From Macrostomum lignano (lineage: Eukaryota), in contig NIVC01001335.1 in the NCBI GenBank assembly GCA_002269645.1, positions 175,087 to 239,086 on the forward strand: a DNA stretch of 64,000 nt, in the 5' to 3' direction. The translations under genes were made by a program, and so were the position numbers. How positions within the stretch are numbered: the stretch's first letter is position 1; every line of letters starts with the position of its first letter. This document shows positions 38,901-50,412 of this stretch, piece by piece. The notes beneath the pieces are model-generated. The model was not told where the DNA came from and made no database searches. It saw only the letters and a program-made list of their open reading frames with translations.

Positions 38901-41900
38901 ATCTGATGCAGAGATCTGATGCAGAGAGATCTGATGCAGAGAGATCTGATGCAGAGAGATCTGATGCAGAGAGATCTGATGCAGAGAGATCTGATTCAGA
39001 GAGATCTGATGCAGAGAGATCTGATGGGGATCTGATGGGGATCTGATGCAGAGCGATCTGATGCAGAGAGATCTGATGCAGAGAGATCTGATGGGGATCT
39101 GATGGGGATCTGATGCAGAGAGATCTGATGGGGATCTGATGGGGATCTGATGGGGATCTGATGGGGATCTGATGGGGATCTGATGGGGATCTGATGGGGA
39201 TCTGATGGGGATCTGATGGGGATCTGATGGGGATCTGATGGGGATCTGATGCAGAGCGATCTAATGGTGAGAGATCTGATGCAGAGAGATCTGATGCAGA
39301 GAGATCTGATGCAGAGAGATCTGATGCAGAGAGATCTGATGCAGAGAGATCTGATTCAGAGAGATCTGATGCAGAGAGATCTGATGGGGATCTGATGCAG
39401 AGAGATCTGATGGGGATCTGATGGGGATCTGATGCAGAGCGATCTGATGCAGAGAGATCTGATGGGGATCTGATGCAGAGAGATCTGATGGGGATCTGAT
39501 GGGGATCTGATGGGGATCTGATGCAGAGAGATCTGATGGGGATCTGATGGGGATCTGATGCAGAGAGATCTGATGGGGATCTGATGGGGATCTGATGCAG
39601 AGAGATCTGATGGGGATCTGATGGGGATCTGATGCAGAGCGATCTGATGGGGATCTGATGCAGAGAGATCTGATGGGGATCTGATGCAGAGAGATCTGAC
39701 GGAGAAATCGGAGGGAGGAGATATGGAGAGAGGTCTGAGAGAGAGGTGGGAATGAGTTAGGTCTCTAAGATATCTGGGCAGCTTCTGAAAATGATTTAAA
39801 ATTTCACTTTCAACTGACAGTTTTGATTGGATTTTTCTGCAATCGGCTGTCGTGCAAATTAATAATGCAACGACAAGTCACTGGAAGTGAAGTGGGGCGT
39901 CACTCAACAAGCGGCCACATCGAATAGCGCAGTCAATCAAATTGAGGCTTCAGCAGTTTGGCACGCAGGCATTCAGTTCAGCCTGGTGCCTGCTGCAAGC
40001 TTTTTATGACGCTCTTCTGCCGCTCAGCGCCCCAGTGGGATTCCCAAGAAATCCCGCACTCTCCAAAAAACAGAAGCCAGCTTTTATACCTGTTATTGAG
40101 CCAGACGCAGATTCGGGTGAACACAAGGCTACTAAAATTATTTTTATGAAAAGACACTTTTCTAAATAATATTGTGCTTCGAAGAAAAATATGGGAGGGA
40201 CGCGGGATAAAACCATCAGCCACTGAGTTAAATCAAGTGTGTACAGAGAGATAAGAACCCGCAGCCACTGAGTTAAATCAAGTGTGTACAGAGAGATAAG
40301 AACCCGCAGCCATAGAGTTCAATCAAGTGTGTACAGAGAGATAAGAACCCGCAGCCACTGAGTTAAATCAAGTGTGTACAGAGAGATAAGAACCCGCAGC
40401 CATAGAGTTCAATCAAGTGTGTACAGAGAGATAAGAACCGGCAGCCACTGAGTTCAATCAAGTGTGTACAGAGAGATAAGAACCGGCAGCCACTGAGTTC
40501 AATCAAGTGTGTACAGAGAGATAAGAACCGGCAGCCACTGAGTTCAATCAAGTGTGTACAGAGAGATAAGAACCCGCAGCCATAGAGTTCAATCAAGTGT
40601 GTACAGAGAGATAAGAACCGGCAGCCACTGAGTTCAATCAAGTGTGTACAGAGAGATAAGAACCGGCAGCCACTGAGTTCAATCAAGTGTGTACAGAGAG
40701 ATAAGAACCGGCAGCCACTGAGTTCAATCAAGTGTGTACAGAGAGATAAGAACCGGCAGCCATAGAGTTCAATCAAGTGTGTACAGAGAGATAAGAACCC
40801 GTAGCCATAGAGTTCAATCAAGTGTGTACAGAGAGATAAGAACCGGCAGCCATAGAGTTCAATCAAGTGTGTACAGAGAGATAAGAACCCGCAGCCATAG
40901 AGTTCGATCAAGTGTGTACAGAGAGATAAGAACTGGCAGCCATAGAGTTCAATCAAGTGTGTACAGAGAGATAAGAACCCGCAGCCATAGAGTTCAATCA
41001 AGTGTGTACAGAGAGATAAGAACCCGCAGCCATAGAGTTCAATCAAGTGTGTACAGAGAGATAAGAACCCGCAGCCATAGAGTTCAATCAAGTGTGTACA
41101 GAGAGATAAGAACCGGCAGCCACTGAGTTCAATCAAGTGTGTACAGAGAGATAAGAACCGGCAGCCACTGAGTTCAATCAAGTGTGTACAGAGAGATAAT
41201 AACTGGCAGCCATAGAGTTCAATCAAGTGTGTACAGAGAGATAAGAACCCGCAGCCATAGAGTTCAATCAAGTGTGTACAGAGAGATAAGAACCGGCAGC
41301 CATAGAGTTCAATCAAGTGTGTACAGAGAGATAATAACTGGCAGCCATAGAGTTCAATAAAGTGTGTACAGAGAGATAAGAACCCGCAGCCATAGAGTTC
41401 AATCAAGTGTGTACAGAGAGATAAGAACCGGCAGCCATAGAGTTCAATCAAGTGTTTACAGAGAGATAAGAACCGGCAGCCATAGAGTTCAATAAAGTGT
41501 GTACAGAGAGATAAGAACCGGCAGCCATAGAGTTCAATCAAGTGTGTACAGAGAGATAATAACTGGCAGCCATAGAGTTCAATCAAGTGTGTACAGAGAG
41601 ATAAGAACCCGCAGCCATAGAGTTCAATCAAGTGTGTACAGAGAGATAAGAACCGGCAGCCATAGAGTTCAATCAAGTGTGTACAGAGAGATAAGAACCC
41701 GCAGCCATAGAGTTCAATCAAGTTTGTACAGAGAGATAAGAACCGGCAGCCATAGAGTTCATTTAATTGTGCACAGAGAGAGAAGAATTCATTAAAATTA
41801 ACCGCTTAACAATCGCACCAATAGGGGCCCAGTGTGCAACTTATATCTGGTAAATATTTTTCCTTCACCAGTGCCACCAGTCAGCACAGGAGTCTAGCCA

Positions 41901-43731
41901 AATCGAACTAATCCTCGGATTACTGATCTCCATCTGGCGTCTAATCCGAGCCTTGCAGCCGCCGCGGTACTCCAACTGGGCCCTGTTGTACTCGCTCATT
42001 GTCTCTATGAACTTTCGCGTGATTGTCGAGTGCTGCAAAGCAATAATGCTTTAATACTTTCTGATATTTGGGAGATTTTAGCTAAAGAATTTAAGCGAAA
42101 ATTTTTAAGAGGCTCTTGTGTTGGACTGAACGGGAAAGCCGATTAATTTCTTTCCTGTTTTTCTGTCAGAATCTGCAACAGTAAAAGCAGAAATTTACCT
42201 GGGTTTTGCGGATTCGCACGTCGGCTGTGGATCCACCGTCGGACAGCTCACTCTGCTCAAGACCCTGCTCAATGGCTGGAGATTCGATGGGAGTCGGTTG
42301 CTATGGGACCTGACTGTCAGCTGTTTATGAATGGGATAATGATCCAAATGAACTCTGGTGGAGGATAATGAACCCAATGAACTCTGGTGGGGGGATAATG
42401 ATCCCAATGATCTCTGGTGGGCGGGATAATGATCCCAATGAACTCTGTGGGTTACTGATCCCAATGAACTCTGTGGGTTAATGATCCCAATGAACTCTGG
42501 GGGTTAATGATCCCAATGAACTTCGGGGGGATAATGATCCCAATGAACTCTGGGGGTTAATGATCCCAATGAACTCTGGGGGTTAATGATCCCAATGAAC
42601 TTCGGGGGGATAATGATCCCAATGAACTCTGGGGGATAATGATCCCAATGAACTCTGGGGGATAATGATCCCAATGAACTCTGGGGGTTAATGATCCCAA
42701 TGAACTTCGGGGGGTTAATGAGCACCAATGAAATCTGGTTGGGGGATAATGATCCTAATGAGTGGCGGGGCGATAATGATCCCAATGAGCTCTGGGGGGA
42801 TGATGATCCCAATAAACAGTAGCCACGAACCTTTGAGCTTCATTCGCACTTTGTTAGCGTTGGTCTTGATGTCCTGCATCAGGACTTCAAGTTCTTCCTT
42901 TGTTTCTGCAACAAATAGATTTGGGTCCTGAATAATGAAGATTTGAAGCAGAAACTACTGCCTGCTCAATAGTGGGTGAATTCACTCCGATCAGTCAAGA
43001 GTCTAAAGAGTGATTTCACTCCGCAGAAACTCACTCTGGTCGTTGTTCGGCGAGGCCAGGATGTGCGAGTGCTTCATCCTGACGCTGCAGACGCTGGCTT
43101 CGATTTCGTTAATCAGGCGACGGACAGCGTCGACGTCAGCGAAAAAATCGTCCATGAAGCCTTCGGAGTTGCGCGGCCGCTGCCAGCGTTCGGGGTCTCC
43201 GCGCCTCCCCGGCTGATCGTCCGGTTCCATCGAAAAGTTCTCGTCGCCAAGCTCTTCTTCGTCTGGCACGATCTTAGCGCAAATTTGCAAGGCGCAAAAG
43301 AGTCCCACTGTGAGATAGTCCCATTGTGAGATAGTCCCACTGTCAGATAGTCCCATTGTCAGACAGTCCCATTGTCAGACAGTCCCATTGTCAGACAGTC
43401 CCATTGTCAGACAGTCCCATTGTCAGACAGTCCCATTGTCAGACAGTCCCATTGTCAGACAGTCCCATTGTCAGACAGTCCCATTGTCAGACAGTCCCAC
43501 TGTCAGATAGTCCCATTGTCAGATAGTCCCATTGTCAGATAGTCCCATTGTCAGACAGTCCCATTGTCAGACAGTCCCATTGTCAGACAGTCCCATTGTC
43601 AGACAGTCCCATTGTCAGACAGTCCCACTGTCGAGCAGTCGCACTGGTCAATCAGATGCAGTTCTCACCTGAGCAGCATCCTCCCCTAAAGCCATCGCCC
43701 GCCTCAGGTCTGGCAGTCTGTCTCGCGACAT
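35993..43731 (-). CDS. STX1: Syntaxin-1-like t-SNARE. Exons: 43669-43731, 43035-43272, 42831-42905, 42199-42275, 41924-42032, 37364-37437, 36334-36471, 36157-36267, 35993-36076
   Basis: MSRDRL N-peptide; FMDDFFADV...[10 protein letters not shown]; [12 protein letters not shown]; H3 SNARE motif [43 protein letters not shown]; [13 protein letters not shown] plus TM anchor. All introns are GT-AG and in phase. Confidence 0.97.
36600..37135. repeat. 15-bp minisatellite (GTGACTTTCTGGTTG / GTGACTTTCTTGTTA)n
   Basis: Lies in syntaxin intron 36472-37363. Confidence 0.95.
37888..37996 (-). CDS. STX1: Alternative (mutually exclusive) syntaxin Hc-helix exon, [36 protein letters not shown]
   Basis: 109 nt, phase 0 to 1, TTCCAG acceptor and A|GTAAGA donor. 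Same length and phase as, and homologous to, exon 41924-42032. Confidence 0.88.
38095..39700. repeat. 15-bp (AGAGATCTGATGCAG)n grading into 11-bp (GATCTGATGGG)n
   Basis: Read directly. Confidence 0.95.
40222..41760. repeat. 45-bp minisatellite, ~34 copies
   Basis: Unit AGTTCAATCAAGTGTGTACAGAGAGATAAGAACCGGCAGCCATAG; period 45 (for example 41041 to 41086). Confidence 0.95.
42340..42810. repeat. ~22-bp minisatellite (ATAATGATCCCAATGAACTCTGGGG-like)
   Basis: Fills intron 42276-42830. Confidence 0.9.
43301..43630. repeat. 16-bp minisatellite (AGTCCCATTGTCAGAC)n
   Basis: Fills intron 43273-43668. Confidence 0.95.
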
Positions 43732-44264
43732 TCTCAGACGATTCTGTTGAATATTTTGCAAGATTTTCTTTTTGCAGATTTTTTAGCAAATTATCCGCAA
43801 GGCCTCGCTGAAAGGAGTGAAGATTTAAACTGATTCTTAGAATTTTTGCTGTTTAAAATTCCGCCCAAACCGAAAATAACGACTGCGTGAGGACATTGCA
43901 CCGGAAATAAATATTGGATACTGTTTGTTTTATTATGAAGCGTTGGAAAAGCTTGAAAAAGTGTTTTATTGTCTGATTAAGGAAACAAACTGACATGATT
44001 AATTCCAGTCAAAAAAATTACCTTGAGCTCAAGCAGAACAATTTTTATTTATTAATATTAATATTTTTTACATGTAACAAACTTATTAACAGAGCTGTCC
44101 GGTTACCATAGTTATCGAGAATAAAGTCTCGAGATAAATTGTTAGGCTATGCTAAAAGTGTGAGACGCATTTAGTGATCATAAATCTCACAATCTTCACC
44201 TGACTGATTGGACTGAGACTTCTTGTGACATAAAAAACAGCTTTTAAACTCGAGCACAACACAC

Positions 44265-46138
44265 AAAATCCCAAAACACCCACGGAATCCCAAAACACCC
44301 ACGGAACCCCAAAACACCCACGGAACCCCAAAACACCCACGGAACCCCAAAACACCCACGGAACCCCAAAACACCCACGGAACCCCAAAACACCCACGGA
44401 ACCCCAAAACACCCACGGAACCCCAAAACACCCACGGAACCCCAAAACACCCACGGAACCCCAAAACACCCACGGAACCTCAAAACACCCACGGAACCCC
44501 AAAACACCCACGGAACCCCAAAACACCCACGGAACCCCAAAACACCCACGGAACCCCAAAACACCCACGGAACCCCAAAACACCCACGGAACCCCAAAAC
44601 ACCCACGGAACCCCAAAACACCCACGGAACCCCAAAACACCCACGGAACCCCAAAACACCCACGGAACCCCAAAACACCCACGGAACCCCAAAACACCCA
44701 CGGAACCCCAAAACACCCACGGATCCCAAAACACCCACGGATCCCAAAACACCCACGGGATCCCAAAACACCCACGGGATCCCAAAACACCCACGGAACC
44801 ACAAAACACCCATGGAATCTCAAAACACCCACGGGATCCCAAAACACCCACGGAACCCCAAAACACCCACGGAACCCCAAAACACCCACGGAACCACAAA
44901 ACACCCATGGAACCCCAAAACACCCACGGAACCCCAAAACACCCACGGGATCCCAAAACACCCACGGGATCCCAAAACACCCACGGATCCCAAAACACTC
45001 ACGGAACCCCAAAACACCCACGGAACCCCAAAACACCCACGGGATCCCAAAACACCCACGGAATCCCAAAACACCCACGGAATCCCAAAACACCCACGGA
45101 ACCCCAAAACACCCACGGAACCCCAAAACACCCACGGGATCCCAAAACACCCACGGAACCCCAAAACACCCACGGAACCCCAAAACACCCACGGAACCCC
45201 AAAACACCCACGGAACCCCAAAACACCCACGGAACCCCAAAACACCCACGGAACCCCAAAACACCCACGGAACCCCAAAACACCCACGGATCCCAAAACA
45301 CCCACGGGATCCCAAAACACCCACGGGATCCCAAAACACCCACGGAACCACAAAACACCCATGGAATCTCAAAACACCCACGGGATCCCAAAACACCCAC
45401 GGAACCCCAAAACACCCACGGAACCCCAAAACACCCACGGAACCACAAAACACCCATGGAACCCCAAAACACCCACGGAACCCCAAAACACCCACGGGAT
45501 CCCAAAACACCCACGGGATCCCAAAACACCCACGGATCCCAAAACACTCACGGAACCCCAAAACACCCACGGAACCCCAAAACACCCACGGGATCCCAAA
45601 ACACCCACGGAATCCCAAAACACCCACGGAATCCCAAAACACCCACGGAATCCCAAAACACCCACGGAACCCCAAAACACCCACGGAACCCCAAAACACC
45701 CACGGGATCCCAAAACACCCACGGAACCCCAAAACACCCACGGGATCCCAAAAGACCCACGGATCCCAAAACACTCACGGAACCCCAAAACACCCACGGG
45801 ATTCCAAAACACCCACGGGATCCCAAAACACCCACGGAATCCCAAAACACCCACGGAATCCCAAAACACCCACGGAATCCCAAAACACCCACGGAACCCC
45901 AAAACACCCACGGAACCCCAAAACACCCACGGAACCACAAAACACCCACGGAACCCCAAAACACCCACGGAACCCCAAAACACCCACGGGATTCCAAAAC
46001 ACCCACGGAACCCCAAAACACCCACGGAACCCCAAAACACCCACGGGATCCCAAAACACCCACGGAACCCCAAAACACCCACGGAACCCCAAAACACCCA
46101 CGGAATCCCAAAACACCCACGGAATCCCAAAACACCCA
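44265..46138. repeat. 19-bp minisatellite (CACGGAACCCCAAAACACC)n with higher-order block duplication
   Basis: Period 19. The rare variant CATGGAATCTC recurs at 44811 and 45360. Confidence 0.95.
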
Positions 46139-46245
46139 GATGTCCGGCCATAGCAGCAGTCGTTTATCGTTCGTCCATCGTCAATCACTGCTCATGCCTT
46201 CAGAAAGTGACATCCTTCAAGCCCGAGTCGCCTCTGGCCTTCGCC

Positions 46246-46665
46246 CTACAGCGGCAGCGGCAGGAACGGTGGCAGCATGCGGTTGGACTCAACCAGCCGG
46301 CGCAGCTGCTCAGCTTCGGCGACCCCGCCGGGGAACAGGCCGCTCTCCACCAGCAGCTGGCGGTGCTCCGCGAACCCGCAGAATCTCACTGGCCGCCGCG
46401 ACGGCCGCGGCTGCAGCAGTGCGATGACGAGTTCGCGGTAGACTCGGCTCACCTTGTTAGCAAACGCGCGCTCGAGCTCGGCGAAGCCCCGGCCAGCCAT
46501 GTGGCTGGCGAAGTCGGCGATGTCGGTGACAAATCTCGGCGGCACAATGGGAAAACGGCGGTGCAGCAGCCAGAAGGCCAGCGTACCGTAGCTGAACCAG
46601 TCAGCGCTGCAGCCCACGGCCTGGGGTGGGTAGGGATCGAACATGGCATAGTTATTGAGTCAGTC

Positions 46666-46739
<74 letters not shown>

Positions 46740-46750
46740 CTAGTTGGTTG

Positions 46751-46819
<69 letters not shown>

Positions 46820-48322
46820 CTAGTTAGCTAGTTAGTTAGTTAGTTAGTTGGAATCTCATACAAGGCCCTTCAGCACCTCGGGCGGCAGGTGGCAGGAGCG
46901 GAGGCCCACTGGCAAGCGGGTTGTCGAACGGCCGCTCAGCATCTCCTGCGAGTAGCCAAAGTCGCACAGCCTCACGTGGCCGGTGGACGAGATGGCCACA
47001 TTGTCCGGCTTGAGGTCCAGGTGCAGCACGCCGAGCGAGTGCAGGAAGTCCAGCGCGCACGCCACCTCAGCCAAGTAGAAGGTGGTCTCGACCTCTTTGA
47101 AGCCTCTACCGATCTTGGCGAGGCCCTTCAGCAGGCTGTGCAGCGTCCCGCCGGTAGCCAGCTCCAGCAGCAGGCAGCCGTAGGAGCCGCCCGTTCGGGG
47201 GTTTTTGCACAGCAGGAAGTCCTCCATCCACAGCACGAAGCCAGGGTGTTGGACGTCCTCCGAGCGGCCCTGCTGCAGCCTGCGGTAGATTTTCCACTCG
47301 GTCTCGCACTGGCGCAGCCACTTGCTGCACTTCAACGCCCTTGGCGACGCGTCCAGTTTGAAGCCAGCGGCATTCACGCAGCCTTCGGCCAGCCGCCGCA
47401 CCCGGCAGAAGTGCACGCTGCCCGAGCAGCCGGAGCCCAGGCGGAAAGTCGCCTCGAGCACCATCGACCGATTTGCGGCGAATATCTTCTGGCAAGAAGT
47501 CGCTTTGTCGCTGCTTCGCTGCGGCTTCCCGTGGCAGACCGACTTGAAAAAGGTCGGCGACCAGAGCCGCGGCAGACAGCCACACCGGCTGAGCAGGCAG
47601 GCGAGGAGGCCGCGGGCTGCCAGGCCGTCCGGAGCGCCCGGCGTCAGTACAGAGGCGTCCCGGACGTCGAGGAACCGCGCCCGCAGGCGGCTGCCGCGGG
47701 TGACCCGGGAGGCCGGCGTGGCCGAGCCGCCGCCGCTGCCGGAGCTGCCGTCGAAGTCGGACGCGGCGGCGCGTTGCGAAACGACGCGGCTGCTGCCGGG
47801 TGGCTGCGGCGAGCGCGGGCGGAGCGGCAGGCTGGCAGGCGGGCGGCTCGTCTTCGCCGACCAGACCGGGTAGCCGGGCGACGGCGGCGCGAAAAGCTGA
47901 GCCGACGGCGGCGTCGTTTTTGACGCCTCCGAGACGCGTCGTTGTGGCGAAGCCGAGCAGCTTCGAGCGCGAGACGCCTGCGGCGGCGGAGGGGCCAGAC
48001 GCGATGAAGCTCGGGATCCCGGAAGCTGGAGAGCCACTGAGTTCCGCTGCACACCCAGACCCCGGTCCGACCGGGCTCTCGGAGACTCCGGAGACGGCGC
48101 GACTCTTGTCGCACAGCCGATGGCGCTGGAGCTGGTGCTGATCGTCACCGTCAGCTGAATTTTGGCGAACTCGGCGCCGAGGCTGCTCGCATTGGCGGCG
48201 CTGTGTTCAGCTGGCGGATGGCCCGAGCTCTGCTCGATCGTCACTGGCACGTCGGATGACACCAAGATGGTTACCATGGTTACTCTGCTTGCCGGCCCCC
48301 GCTCGCTTGTTTCCAAGGACAT
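46246..48322 (-). CDS. Divergent Ser/Thr protein kinase (AGC/CAMK-like, non-RD). Exons: 46862-48322, 46246-46620
   Basis: LGSGCSG loop, ALK lysine, LELATGG, HLDLKPDN, DFG, LPPE, and DWFSYG after a phase-0 intron filled by (TTAG)n. Confidence 0.9.
46650..46850. repeat. (TTAG)n microsatellite
   Basis: Fills the kinase intron. Confidence 0.95.
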
Positions 48323-48734
48323 GTTAATTTTTGATTTCTTTGATTTTTCACCTCCGAATGCGGCTGCTTCAATGGTAAAATGAATTTCTTTGTCGATTTT
48401 TCTTTTTTATTTTGAAGTTTTCCCTGCGCGATTGAAATTCCCTTGGGGACCCGGAGCAGAGCGGAAATGCGAGATGGCGCTCATGCGGAATTTCGATAGC
48501 CAGCTTCACCTGGCCAAGCCCGTCATAATCCCATTGCTGGGCAGAATACCTGGATGCCTCCCAGCTGCCTGCCTTGTTGGAAGCTCCTTCAAGCCTGGCT
48601 GAGGCGCTCCGGGATTCGCCTTTCAAAGGGCTGAGCAGCAGGGGATCAGGCAGCTGGCTGCTAAGAATAAGCTCTCACGGGTAGACTAATGGATTTACGT
48701 GTTGGCATTTTTGTTTATTTAAGATAGATCTTTA

Positions 48735-49008
48735 GTTAATTGATTGATTGAATGATTGATTGATTGGTTGAATCATTGATTGATTCACTGATTGATTGAT
48801 TGACTGATTGATTGATCCATTGGTCCATTGATTGATTGGTTGAATCATTGATTGATTGATCCTTTGATTAATTGGTTGAATCATTGATTGATTAATTGAT
48901 TAATCGATTGATTGATTGATTGATTGATTGATTAATTGATTAATTGGTTTAGATTGATTGATTGATTGATTGATTGATTAACTGATTGATTGATTGATTG
49001 ATTGATTA

Positions 49009-49059
<51 letters not shown>

Positions 49060-49244
49060 AATTGATTGGTTGAATCATTGATTGATTCACTGATTGATTG
49101 ATTGATTGATTGATTGACTGATTGATTGATCCATTGATCTATTGATTGATTGGTTGAATCATTGATTGATTGATCCTTTGATTAATTGGTTGAATCATTG
49201 ATTGATTGATTGATTGATTAATCGATTGATTGATTGATTGATTA

Positions 49245-49280
<36 letters not shown>

Positions 49281-50167
49281 GTTGATTGATTATCGATGGA
49301 TTGATTGATTGATTGTTTAGCACGACCTCCGGAGTGCTACAGGGTGACACTCTGGCACCCTTTCTCTTCGTGCTGGTGATGGACTGGGTGCTCAGGACCG
49401 GCCTGCCGACATCAGAGGACGGCTTTCTGCTGCAAAGGCGCACCAGTAGACGGCACCCGGAGAAGAAACTGTCTGTCCTCGGCTACGCGGACGACCTCGC
49501 CCTGCTGTCTTCGACGGCCGAAGGCGCCCAAGTGCTGTGCCGAAGTGCTGGACGGCCTGACTGAGGCGGCGGCGAGGGTCGGTCTCGTCATCAACGCCAG
49601 GAAGACCGAGGTGCTGACGGTGCCGCATGATCTACCCGCCGAGATTCGACTTCGAGACGGCGACGGCCCCGGGACGGCGCTCCCGAAGTGCCTTCAGTTC
49701 GTCTACCTCGGCGGACTGGTGCCTGACGTCGGCGACGACCTAGCGAGACGGCGTGGCAAGGCCTGGGCTGCCTTCCGATCTGTGCGGGCGGTGCTGCTCT
49801 CCGAGGCCCTGTACAAGCGCACAGGCCTGACGCGGCCTTCTGCCCTGCTGAGTCAGCGGCGCCTGCGGCTGGCCGGACATGTCATCCGGGACGAAGCCTA
49901 CTGCCCAGAGCCGCTGCAGGACGTCCTGCTGTGGACCCCGCAGGGACCGCGCAGGCGTGGCCAGGGACGATCAGCCCGCTACGTCGACCGCCTTTTTGAA
50001 GATGCGCGAGCACCCAGCCAGGCGGCCGGTGTGAAGCACGTTAGAGACCCGGCTCTGAAACCCGCGATTTGACGCTCCCCCCTTTTGGCCACTCCCGTGG
50101 CTGGCGTGGGGCGTAACTATTATATTATTATTATTATTATCATTGATTAATTGATTGGTTGATTAAC

Positions 50168-50202
<35 letters not shown>

Positions 50203-50230
50203 GTGATTGATTGATTGATCGACTGATTAA
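48735..50230. repeat. (GATT)n microsatellite interrupted by a LINE fragment
   Basis: Array at 48735-49312 and again at 50140-50230. Confidence 0.9.
49313..50135 (+). mobile_element. 5'-truncated RTE-like non-LTR retrotransposon with (TAT)n tail
   Basis: GVLQGDTLAPFLF, YADD, GLVINARKT, FVYLG and RRLRLAGHV motifs; frameshift near 49530; internal deletion; TATTATTAT tail. Confidence 0.9.
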
Positions 50231-50412
50231 ATGATAGACGCCGGAAACATAAGCTTACAAGAATTTGTAACCATTGGTAACCTTCGCTTCTCATGAACCC
50301 GATCTGCCATAGACAGCAGGACCTCTAGTTAGCAAGAAATCCAAAGCTACAACAAAATTTTCGAAGCTGTAGTATCAGTAGACCCGCTAATCCCGGTCGC
50401 TAATCCGGCGCA

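Noticed and set aside
39978-40223. Possible third syntaxin Hc exon (STILFRKV resemblance)
   Set aside because: The acceptor-phase frame hits TAG after 4 codons and the remainder lacks similarity.
40222-41760. 45-bp array as a CRISPR-like locus or a 452-aa protein
   Set aside because: No unique spacers, eukaryotic intron context, and the ORF merely reflects a 45-bp unit divisible by 3.
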